Part shown: piece after piece, positions 14,944 through 27,373 of the stretch
How the letters are laid out: the number at the start of each line of letters is the position of its first letter
How positions within the stretch are numbered: the stretch's first letter is position 1
Assembly (NCBI GenBank): GCA_012295275.1
Contig: CM022672.1
Span: 3,906,001-3,970,000, forward strand
Origin: Chrysomallon squamiferum
Lineage: Eukaryota; Animalia; Mollusca
Direction: 5' to 3'
DNA: 64,000 bases
Translations under genes and position numbers: made by a program
The notes under the pieces: generated by a model
Databases searched by the model: none
What the model was told of the DNA's origin: nothing
Seen by the model: only the letters and a program-made list of their open reading frames with translations

Positions 14944-17329
14944 CATACTGGGAAATAAGACTCATTTTATTACTACTTTTGTCCATTGTTTCTTCTTGTG
15001 ATTGTTTCTGTTGTGAAGTTCTTTTTGTGTGTGTGTGTGTGTGTTTTTTTTTACATTCCTCTTAACCAGCAGTTGTGTGTACAATCTTTTTGAGATCTTC
15101 TTTTCAACTTGTGTTTTTCTGCCACTCTTGAGGCGTGCTGTGTGTTTCTGAGTTGTTTGAGGATATCCATCACTCAGTCGCTAATCATTACAAGTGCAGT
15201 GCTGACAGAGCCACAGTTAACAAGCCACTTACTTATTTACTTTTGCCAGCATTAAGCCAATCAGCCAACAATCACATCTACGAGGCTGCGGTTGTGTTCT
15301 TTGTGTTCACGGAGGAGGTGGAGAAATCATCGCACACCCAGTCAACAACCCAGTCTTGCACTTATTCTATCCTTTCCTCACATCTTGCATTTATTTCGCA
15401 TTATTTGCCATCTTCTATGACTCACTGATAAAGCGTGTTTTCCAAACATTGTATTGTAAGTTGATATACACTTCAGGTTTTTTTTTTTTTTTTTCCTTCT
15501 CTCTGTGTGTGTGTTTTTTTTATATATTTTTTCAAATTTTTTCTTTTTCTTTTTTTAAATCCTTGCTGCAGTCTAAATGCATTAAATTAATGGTCTGGGT
15601 GTACTTCTGAACCTTGTTCGTGTTCTGAAGTTTCTAAAATAGAGGGAGGTTAGACTTGGTGTGAGGAAACTGAGATGAAATGATGGAGGTTATTAATGTG
15701 CAAGGATGATGATAAAAATGAAGTAAATTGTGCAGGAGAGTGAAGTAGTTAAGAAACAGAATTTTTTTTTTTTTTTTTTTTAATGTGGTGGTTTGTGCTA
15801 ACAAGGAGGGAAGAGTAAGAAAAATAGGACAGTAACAGATTATTGTTTTTAATGTGGGAAAATGGAGGAAAAGATATGAAAATAATGTAAGAAAGTAAAA
15901 CCAGAAAGGTTTTGTTAGAAAGTTGGTGAGGGGGATTGGAAAAGACAAATCACAGTTTAAAAAATCAAATTGGGTATGTATAATTTTTTTTTTTAAAAGA
16001 TGCAAGATACAGTTTAAAAAAAATTAAAAAAAAAAAAAAAAAATCCTGATGAAGGAGAAAGAAAAACAAATCATTTGAAGGATAAGTTTGAAAATGAAGA
16101 AACAAAATGCAGGTGATAAAAAAAAAAAAAATCTACATTATAAATTTAGTCTTGCATTTTTTTTTTTTTTTTTTTTTTTGTATATTTCTTCAAACACTGT
16201 TCAAAAACCTGGTGAAAGAAAAGGGAAAACAAAACTGTCTGCTTTGTTCTTGAATTGGACAGGAATTTTAGAAATATGAGAATGTGTGAACAGAAATGTA
16301 TTACACCAAAACAAGGAAGAAACAGATTATTTTTGATTGATATTACTTTAATGAATTGTTTAATATTTTTATTTATCATTACATATGAATATTTTTACAC
16401 ATTTCTTCAGAACTATCAAGTACACAGTGGCACTAAACATCTATTAATAATATATCTGATACTTTCATTGCCAGCAAGAAAGAAAGAAAAAAAAAAAAAA
16501 GTTAAAAATGCCTTTCAGTTAGATCTAATGGGATGTTATTGTTTTCTCCCCTTCAGTCTCCCATCACTTCTATAAACATTAACAGATTGACGAGCAAACG
16601 ATAGACTCCACCTGGATAGGAACATCTCTCCTGTTCAAGTCAAACACGCGTGGATTTTAACTAATGGGGAATCAAGTCTTCAACTAAGCAGCATGAGAAA
16701 GATTTTTCACTGCCAGTCACCTGGGGGTTTGTTCTAATGTCAGACCTCTTCTGTTGATTCCAACAAGATGGCAGTTTGTTGCCTCACTGGTGCTTTGTTT
16801 GCAAAGCTCACTCTTTAAAGAAGAAACATGTGCTTGTGTTCCCCCTCAGCCCTGTCAGCCACCCCTTCCAGAGACCAGCAGCAAGTTTCTACAGCTGCTA
16901 TCCATAATGTAATAGTAAACCATTGTAGTTTCACTGCCTGACAAGCTGTTCTTTTTCACTGAGTATGTCCAGATACTGTTGTTTCCTGGCATTTCTTCCC
17001 CCTTTTTTTTTTCTTTTTTTTTTTGTTAGGTGTGGTTAAGAGAATATCATTTGGTTTTATCAAGTGCTATTTTCTGCATGACTGTTTGACAGACAGCCAC
17101 TTTGGTTGGAAAATGTCAGTTTAAAAGATCCATCAGATGAAGCCCAGGCATTCCTGAATAGCATCAGAAATTCAAAAATGTTTTGTGAACTTTTCCTGAT
17201 CTTCAAACATTAATCAGTTTGTTTGCCTCTTGGCTTTGTAAATTGTTGTTTTAGTAGAACCTCATCCACTTGTCTAGAGTTTCCTTTCTTCTGTCTTCAT
17301 CCATTATTTCTGAATGCTGAGAAGAAGAG

Positions 17330-17450
17330 GCTGATAGCTCAATGGTAGAGAGGTCCTAGACCTGAGGGTTGATACCTTGCAGGATTAATCCTCTTTATCA
17401 TCCCTGGTTATTCTTTTATCCAGTGCTTCAGAAAAGGTGTATTAAACATG
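17330..17450 (+). mobile_element. tRNA-like SINE head remnant
   Basis: A-box TAGCTCAATGGTAGAG at 17335-17350, followed by GGTTATT...CCAGTGC resembling the 22.4 kb copy. Confidence 0.4.
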
Positions 17451-19216
17451 TTAATTTGAACTTTATGTTTTTGGCAAGAACAAGTACTTCTTTATTTTTA
17501 TATCAATATTTGAATAGTTCTATAAACTGTCATTTATTTAAAATGTACATTTGTATGTGATGTACTAAAATACTTATTTTTTCCCTGCATATACCTGTAT
17601 ATTATACCTGTGTAATCCACCAGTGTCTGTGTATCTGTTAGTATATGTCAATAAGTGCATTTTATGTTTGTACGTAAGTATATGTATGTAAGTATATATC
17701 TGTGTCTGTGAGTGTGCATGCATATAAGTCCTTATAATTCAGACAAGTGACAGTACAACAGTATTGATGAGATCATACACATTACAAGAGTATTATATAA
17801 GCAGGAACCATTACTACCTCATACATCTTATTCCTTTCATACAAACCTTTTTTCCCAGACTGATTTCTAGAGTTGTGAGCACATTCCTGTGTCTCTAACC
17901 ATCTCGCCAGTTAGGGAATAATATACTTGCCTCTCTCAAAATGGAGACATAACATGAACACTGAGAACAAGCAAAGCGACACTCAATAAATCCTGATAAC
18001 AGAAACAGCACTGGAAAACAGCCATTTCCTCCATAAAGACTGATAAAAATATGATAAACACAAGAGCTATAAGCTGTGCTGTGCTTGTTCAAGGTAATGG
18101 ATGGGCAATAAAATGCGAGTCATGGCCCATAAGTAATAAACGAAGCAGACTGAAGTTAGCAAGTCTCGTGGATTGCCCCATGCCGGGTAAAGCATTTCCT
18201 ACCTCGTTACTTCTACTTGAATTTATTAAGAATTTTGAGAACTTTTCTTGCATATTTTTTATTTTTTTAATTTTTAATTTTTTTTTATTGTTTGTAAATT
18301 TTTAAAATTAAAAGCTACAAGAATAAAAAATATTTTTTTTTTAAATAATAATAATAATAGAAAGTACAATTTATATATAATAATAAAAAAAGAAGAAGAG
18401 AAAAAAACACACAAAAAAAAGCTCCCACAACATTAAAATGAAAGCTGATAATACAAAGTAAATGATTAAATACCCCTGGCACTTTAATTACATTCATAAA
18501 ATTGTATTTTAGGGGATCTGAATTTCGCACTGAGTTTTAGTGTGTCTATTTTTGAAATTATAAGGATGGTTTTATTAATAAATGAGCTGGAGGAAAACAG
18601 CAATAAATCTTGATTCCTACTGGATCTTGAAGAACTTTGAAACTCATTTTTAAAGTGTCGTAAAGTTTAAATTCTTTTTCTTATCTTTGTTTGATAACAT
18701 TACTTTTCTCTGGTTTGCATCACTGATTTAAACTTTGTCTTCTTTTTTTTTTTCTTTTTTCAAATTCATACAAATATATGCTTAAAAAAACCCAAAAACA
18801 TCATTCATTCAAAAACAGATATTAGTGTATTTATTCATTTGTCAGTCAATTTAGCATTCATCCAAAAACTAGATTGCTTCTGAATTTACAATTCTCTTCA
18901 GTCAAGCAGCACTCCTTTCCTTTTATTTATTTAAATTTGTATTTGTTTGTTTGGAAACAAGCTTTATATTGTTTTCACTTAAGCAACATTTGTTTGTTTT
19001 TCATTGGGATTGTGGGGGCTTTTTTTTTACTTTTGTGTGTTTCTTTATAAAAAATATTAAAACATTTTCAGTTGTTTACCAGACTTTTACTTCTTTGTCC
19101 ATACAGCCAGAAAATTACAAAACACCTCCACTGAACTTTGAATGCTAGAGCAATGGCCTAATAGAAATTAACAAAGCAATAAATAAATTAATAATTAAAA
19201 ACAAAACAAATAATAC

Positions 19217-19293
19217 AAATAGCCCTGAGGAAGTTTGAACCAGTGACCTCTGGGTCTGTCTCTGAAACAGAAGCTTCAGCAGCTGAGCTAAAT
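19217..19293 (-). mobile_element. tRNA-like SINE head (Pol III A/B boxes)
   Basis: Minus strand reads TAGCTCAG...GGTTCAAAC...GGGCTATTT; no intact cloverleaf. Confidence 0.45.
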
Positions 19294-19579
19294 GCTTGTT
19301 TGGAGATGCTTTGCAGTGAAAAGGGGTTGTTACAAGAGCTGTATGTCCAGTGGTATTGTAGGAGATTTACTGTTGTGTTTTATCAGGGATTGTTTAACTT
19401 TCTGTCTGTTTCTACATCTGTGCATTGTTCTGGCTGGTCAGACGCCACTCTGTGTATAAACAGGACACTGATAATGTCTTCTAATAAATGTTTTTCTGAT
19501 AAAACAAAGACCCGAAACTGCATAAATAATGCAGCAGCTGATAAACACACAGTGAGCCAGCCGTACCAGGTTATCTAGT

Positions 19580-20020
19580 CTTGTCCCTGCAATATCTCCA
19601 GTTCATCTGTCTTCTGCAGTATCTCCAGTTCTTCATTGCCATCACCTTCTGTTTCATTTCTTCTGTAGCTTGTTTTCATATTACTGTAATGGTCTGTGCA
19701 CTGTTACATGCTGACATGGATCTAATATAAATGCCATAAACATTTAAATATTTTGTATCATTTTTATTTATTTTATCCCTGCAACATCTTCAGTTCACTT
19801 ACATCTGCATCATTTCTTCCATAGATCGTTTTCACATTAATATAATGGTCGGTATACCATTTCATGCTGAAGCAGATCTAATATATTCTATAAATATTTA
19901 ATATGTTTGTAACTTTGTAATTTTATTTTGTCCCTGCAGAATCTCCAGTTTCACATATTGTTTCATTTTTTTACATTTTTTTTTTTTTATAGTTTATTTT
20001 CATATTAATATGTGTACTAT
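19580..20020. repeat. Diverged tandem triplication (~155-190 bp)
   Basis: TCCCTGCA...CAGTT at 19584, 19776 and 19931, with shared TAATGGTC...CATGCTGA...GATCTAAT in the first two copies. Confidence 0.7.
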
Positions 20021-20225
20021 AATATTCCTGCTTTTTCTCATTTAAAATATTTATCATCTTCTTATTCATCATCAGAATTATTCCAAAACAAAAGTCTTTT
20101 CTGTTTTGTTGATTCTAACGTGCAGGCATGTACTGTCATGCTAAGATTTTAAATTTTTGTGTATATATGATTGTATCTGATATACATTTTCTGTTTTATA
20201 ATCAAGTTTTGAATTTGTCTTTCAG

Positions 20226-20501
20226 GACCACCTAAAATATCTGGTAAAGTGCACTCGCGCCACATAGCTTATGTTGGCAAAAACACCAAACTGCTGTGTC
20301 CTGTGGTCGCCGATCCCCTTCCCATGATGCAGTGGAAGAAAGATGGCCGAACCATCCACAGTGGCTGGACTCGATTCAAAGTGTCGCAAGATGGTCAACT
20401 ACGGATTAAAGAGGTTGAGATGGACGATGCTGGCACCTACTTGTGCAAAGCCACCAACGGGTTTGGCCACATCAACATCAACTACACTCTGATTGTTGTT
20501 G
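20226..20501 (+). CDS. FGFRL1: FGFRL1 exon, Ig-like domain D1
   Basis: ttcag|GA...GTTG|gtaagt; encodes GPPKISGKV...KLLCPV...[18 protein letters not shown]...[25 protein letters not shown], an I-set Ig domain. Confidence 0.92.
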
Positions 20502-23500
20502 GTAAGTTTTTTTTATTTGTATTCTGTAGCAATATTAAAGATGCCCTTTTCTTTTTCTCTCTCGCTGTGTTGTGCATGTGTGTATAAAACAAAACCGGTA
20601 TACTGTACTGATGATTAAATCTTTGTATTATAGTCCCAGCCCTTTTTTTCCTGCAGTTCTTATTTTAAAGACAAAAGAAAAGAACAAAGTCATGAACATA
20701 AGATGCACAGAAGTTGAAATTTAAAGTTTAATTTGATTATTTAAAACAAAACAAAAATGAAATAAAAGTTTTCTCTTATTTTTTTTTTATTGTATGTGTT
20801 TGTGTGTGTTCTGTACTGATTCAATCTTTGTATTATATTGCTCAAATGTTTTTTCTGGAATTTCTTTTTATCTTCTCATTGTTGGTAATATACTAGTTCC
20901 TTCCATGGCTTTTGGCACACAATGTTCAATGCTGTTACTTTGGAATGAATTTTGTATTGACATTTATTAAATTACCTGGCCTGGCAATTCCCCTGACATG
21001 TGACCTGCACATCGCATTGGTAGATCAATACATTAATTGGGTCTTTGCCATTCACGATCACTTATCAGGCAAATTGTTATAGACTTTCTCATCACCTCAT
21101 CTATCAGCAGACCTCGCAGAGACCCCAGACTCACAATTTGTGACTGACTCATTTTGCACAGATACTGGGATTTAAAGGAACTGACTTTCACACTGGCATG
21201 GGATTCACGATTTACACAGATGTGGGGTTTAAAGCCTTGCTATTCATACAAATGTGTTTACTTCTCATACAGATAAAAGATTTCTTATTCACATATCACC
21301 ATTTTTATTTATGCAGATAACAAATTTAGAATTCTTACTGATACAAGATTTGACAGTGATACAGATAACAGATTTGACACTCGTGAAAATAACACATTTG
21401 TTATTATTCATAAAGAATTTGTCATGACATATAAAATGGATTTGTAGTTTATTCATATAAAGGATTTGATACATATAGTAATAAGGGATTTGATACATAT
21501 ACTAATAAGGGATTTGATGCATACAATAATAAGGGATTTATCATTGAATCAGATAAGGGAGTTGCTATTTACACAGATATGGGATTTTCCATTGTTACAG
21601 ATGAAGGATTTGCCATGGATATAGATAAGGAATTTGCCACTGACAAATTTGAAGAAATATGGGATTCAAAGGATTTATCATTTACAAAATCACATATCAG
21701 AGGGATTTGCCAGTCATGCAGATTTCAGATTTTCCACTGATAACCAAGAATTGTAATGAATTCACATATAAATACATACACAAAACACACTCTCTCTCAC
21801 ACACACAAAATTTGGTATTTTACAGATAAAAGTTTTTTGACTGACAGAAATCATTATGAAATTTGCCAGTCACAGATATGGGTTTTACCATTGTTAGAGA
21901 TAATGACAGTCATTAGGTTTATCAGATTAGTCCGTGATTCAGCTGGCTCTGTGAAAACTGATCCCTAGTAATAATGTGTTTATCAGAATGGAACCAAAAA
22001 AGAAGAATTCATAATACCTGATGAGTAATAATAATAATAATAGGTTGCAAATAAAAACAAAACCTATATTATATCTACTAACATGTTGAAAAGGTGAACA
22101 AAAATTATTTTAAATGGAGATTTTATTTTATTTTATTTTTTTTAAAATTTTTATAGACATTATCTTTATTTAATTAAAAATATAATTAAATATTGTTTTC
22201 ATTTATTTGTTCAACACATTAACGAATTTAATAGAATTAGGAAGCTACACATTTCCCTTGTTTGGATTGGTTTTTGTTTCTGTTGCAGTTGGGCAGTCAT
22301 GATTAAAATTAAATCTTTGAAATGTGATGATTTATCAGGGAATGAAATCCAGATCAGTATTTATTTTAGAGTGTGGTAAATCCCAGGTTCAGTTCTCCAC
22401 AGTGACCCTTTGGGTTATTTCCCCATCCAGGCATTACCCGTTGAATGATCAAAGACCTTGGTATGTGCTGTCCTTTCTTTGCATATAAAAGTTTGTCATC
22501 ACTTAATTGATATGAGCAGTCTTGGAAAGTTAGCAGAGACTGTGTTTAAAATTACATCTCTACAAGAAACTGACTTATTTATTTACTCACTTTTCACACA
22601 AGATATTATATTCAAAACAAAAAATACAAACCATCTGAACGTTAAAAACCATTAACAATAAAATGATGTGTCGTTACATATTCATTTATTTTTATCCCAT
22701 AATTCTTTATTATTTTATTATTATTTATTTTTTTATTTTTTATTTTTTTTTTTTTTAAATTTCTGTTTTTGTTTGTGGAAACTGATTCATTTCAGATTTG
22801 TTCCCAGTCTTGATTAAAGCCTTCCTGGTGTGTACACAGGAAATCCACAAGTTTGATGCATATCTAACCGCACAACATGACACGCCTGTCAAACACACCA
22901 ATACCTGGTGATGTAGATGTTAGGCACACACTGGAACCTGTGTCCTCAGGCAACCACAGATCATGATCAGTTGACTGATTATTGTTGGCTTGGTTACCTC
23001 ACCTGGTGACACCTGAGGCCTGGGGGTCAGAGATAAAGTTGTCAGGGGTTACAGCTGTGACACTGTGCATACTGTATTATATGATTTGTAATGTTATATC
23101 ACTGCCTGGCCTGAAGCTGTTTCTTGCTTGCAACATTCCCTGAGGATTTTTTCGTTTTCTTCTCATACATGCCAGCTTATCTTGTTACTTTTATTACAGA
23201 TAATTAGAGAAATCTACATTAATCTCTGTAAATCTCCATATTAAAAACAACATGCATAATTTAGAGTTTACAACTCATTTTCAGACAATTCTAATGACAA
23301 CACATACTAGGGGATATTTATTTATCTATTTAGTATTTATGTATAGAAAAACTCTTTGTATATCATATTATGTAAAGTGTTTTTAGTTTTAAAAATAAAA
23401 TAAAAATCCTACAATTGATTAAAACAGAAAACAAACAAAAAAAGGTATATATACACTCACACATGCATAACATTATTAAAAAATAAATTAAAATGATAGA

Positions 23501-24647
23501 ATTAAGTAAAAGCAAAAAAAAAAATTATCAATTTAATCTTATATATTATTATCCTTAAATGGTTTTTCTGAAAAAGTTTATTTACCAATTAATTCTACTG
23601 TTCAAATATGACTAATAAGAAAACAATAATATAATAAACTGCTGTTCATGGGTTACATCAGCTACTGCAAACACTTTGTTTTCATTTTCTGTCTTGTTTA
23701 AACTGCTGATCAGTGATAATACTTTTATTTTTATTTTTTTAAATGAATCATTTTTACTTCAAAAAAAAAAAAAAAAAAAATGTAATTATGGAAATGAAGT
23801 GAAAAAAAACCTGAAATCATTTAAAAACACATTTGTACGAAACATTTCTGTCAGTTTAACAACATGATATATAATCAATGACTTCTTTTTACATTTTGTT
23901 TTGAAATCTTTATGCTTTTGACACAAAGATAAAGGTTTCGATAAGCTGCTGTACACTTGTTTACATGTATTTACCTGTTTTTGTGCTGGGTATGAGATGA
24001 CCTTATCTTATCTGCGCTTGAGTCTGGTGAAAACTAAGATTTCAAAAAGGAAAAAAATAAAAAATTATCAAAGGCATAAAAAAAAAATATTTAAAAAATA
24101 AAAGAAAAGCCATTCATCATGTTTAACAGGAATTTCTGTGAGGTTTGCATTACCTGTGTTATTGTTGTCTTATAGTTGTATGATTGAAAAGTATTACAAC
24201 ATTTCTTCATGGCCCACACACTACAGAATCTGTCCTCATAGCAGAGAAGGGAGAAAAGAGATGTTTACTTAGTAATTCCCATGTATTCTGTTGTGAAATA
24301 GCTAGACTGAGTTAACTGAAAACTCACAAAACATATTCAATTGCTGACTTGGTTACCTGCACTGATTAATTGCCAACATAAAGCTACCAAGCAATGTTAA
24401 GAATATTTAATCCTTTGTTGTTAATTACTTCAGATTCAAGAAAGAAACATCCACGATTGTTATATAATAATCCTTTATTTAACTGATTAGCAGGCAAGGC
24501 CTACATACTTAAACACATCAATAAAATACCACAGATGCATATTGATATACACTCAAACTGACTCACATACATGCATGCATGTAGACACATTTACACATAT
24601 TGATATACACAAGTACTGAGATACAACATACACAAGTACTGAGATAC

Positions 24648-24688
<41 letters not shown>

Positions 24689-27342
24689 CACATACAAAGA
24701 ATGAGGTAATGTACTGTGTAGTGTTAGAAATAATCTAAACCTGAGACCACTGATCACTCACAGCACATTTCAACACACACACACACACACATACACACAC
24801 ACTTAACACAAGCCATGTCACATACAAAGAATGAGGTAATGTACTGTGTAGTGTTAGAAATAATCTAAACCTGAGACCACTGATCACTCACAGCACATTT
24901 CAACACACACACACACACTTAACACAAGCCATGTCACATACAAAGAATGAGGTAATGTACTGTGTAGTGTTAGAAATAATCTAAACCTGAGACCACTGAT
25001 CACTCACAGCACATTTCAACACACAAGTCACTTTATCCTGCTTTAATCCTGTTGTGCACTGATAATGAAGGAATAAAGCAGATAGACACTGGCTCCAGTT
25101 ACAGTTTCAGATTGGTTTTCAGGCTGCCTGTAATTGAAAATTCAGTGTGGAAACAGCTAAAGGCTGGGTGACAGTTTAATATACACCTCTCGCAGAATTT
25201 TTGAATTAGCAGTGAAATGGATATGGCAGTGTAAATATGCGTGTGGTGTTTATTAATATCATGTCCTAACTTTGTAAATGTATGCAGTGCAAGATAATAT
25301 TTAGAGAGAGAGTTTGTGTGTATGTTTATATTTCTGTGTAATATATATATAACAAAAACTAATCTGTTGTGGTATAGGTAACTTACACAAAGTTCACAAA
25401 ATTATAATTCACACAGTGGTGAACTTCTTGCATGCTCTGTGATCATAACATGACAGATTTCCGTGTCTTTTTAATAATTCACTTTCTATGTCTTTATGTT
25501 TAAATTCTGGGTTTTTTAATGTTTCATTTTTTTTTATATTCATCATGATAATGTTCAGCTTAATGGGTCTTTGGGTCTATATTCATTTATATTCATGAAA
25601 TCTCATTAAGTTTATCATATTAATGTTATAGATCTCTAATTACACTGGCGAGTTCTTGTTTTTACTTTCCAGATCTATAAATTTTAATAATTCATCCAAA
25701 AACTCATCTCCTGTTTTATTTACTTAGTATTTATTCAAATATAACCAATCCTCTGTCTTAACTGTTTTATATTTAACTGATCTTAATTTGCATATTTATT
25801 GTATTTTTAATGTTGAAAAATAAAAAATATTAGTAATGGTTTTAATTCCGTATCAAAAAATAATCACTGTGTGAACAGTTTCAAATTTGATTTAAAAATT
25901 CGTAAATTACCTTTCAGAGTGTTTTAAAACACATGTAGTGAAAAGTTTGCTGATTTGAAGTTAAAAGGACAGTTAACACAATGGTGGCTCATTTTTGGAT
26001 TGTGAACAATCTTATGTTTGTTTTATTTTATGAAAATAATTTATACAATGTCTACAGTGGTGACTACACATGGCCTGTTTGGTGTTTTGAAGTTCAAAGA
26101 ATTTGTTTGCATGTTTAAGTTTTGTTGCTGGTTTTCAAAGTTTTTGGGGAGATTAAGTTGGTGGGTATTTGGTGTCATGTAGAACTTAGCAAGATTTCAC
26201 AATTTTTATGGTTCATGGTTTTCTTGTTTATCAAATTTAAATGACAAAATAAGAACCACATGTATTTTCAGACATGTAAGAAGTTTATAACCAGTATAGC
26301 CATTAATTTTGTGTTTGCAGTTCCTGTAATATTTAAAAGTAATGAATGTATACACACACACACACACATACACAGGCACACATATACATACAGACATAAA
26401 GAAAGACACACGTAGACAAAGTTATTAAAAAGCAGTACAAGAAGATCAAGAAGATTTTTAAAATGTCTATAACTTTATAGGTTAGGTAACTCAATATTAC
26501 AACATGCAGATAACGTGGTTTATTACAGTCTATTCTTTTTAATTTGTCCTTTTTCAAAAGCAACATGAAAGCTGGCTGCTGTAATAGAAGATGACAGTGA
26601 ACAATAACTGACATTATAAAATACACCTGTTCTTCTTTGTTATCTTTAGTCTGCCAGTAGGTAATAGTGTTACTCTGAATTAAACACCTTTACCACATGG
26701 ATGTGCTATTTTTCAAACAAAGACACAACTTGTTTGATAGGTTTTGTGGAAAAGAAATGTTTGTACATTTTTCTCTCTGTCTGTCTCTCACCAGTAGCGG
26801 ACCCACAAGCCCAGAATATTGTGATTTACAAACGTATGACATTCATGTAATGACCATAATATGGGTATAGATTTTTTATTTTTTTTAAATTTAAAAAATA
26901 GGAAAATGAAGAAAAAAAAAAACAAATATACATCCATGGTTTGTCAGCAGTCATTGTAAGCATATTACTCCTATCTGTTGGAAGGCATGTTTAAAAGATG
27001 CCTAGCTGCTTTAAAAAAATAACAGCATAATGCATCATGGAAGCAGTTTTCCTCACTTAACCATGTGACTGACACAATAAAAGTTACAAATGTAGATACA
27101 TGTTGAGTCAGAAAAATTCCTTCCTTCCTTGCAGTCTAATCCCCTCTGTCTCTGCTAAACAGCCTGTACCAGGATTGGATCCAAGTACCCCCAGTATTAG
27201 GCCTTGCTCAGCTGTGCCAGCAAGGCTGGGAAACTGTGGTAAAAGTTTGGTTATCAGCTAAATAGCTTTGATCTCAGCTGCCCCTGTTTGTCATCTGACC
27301 GGTAGATTGACCTGTCTGTGTTGAGTCAGCATGTGAGGTTGC

Positions 27343-27373
<31 letters not shown>

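Noticed and set aside
14643-15065. Poly-Leu/Tyr/Ile/Asn ORFs
   Set aside because: Translations of the (ATT)n microsatellite
19217-19293. Functional tRNA gene
   Set aside because: A/B boxes are present but there is no acceptor-stem or anticodon-arm pairing; better explained as a SINE head
24685-25026. Repeat-spacer pattern resembling CRISPR
   Set aside because: Units are ~90 bp and the spacers are only (CA)n tracts
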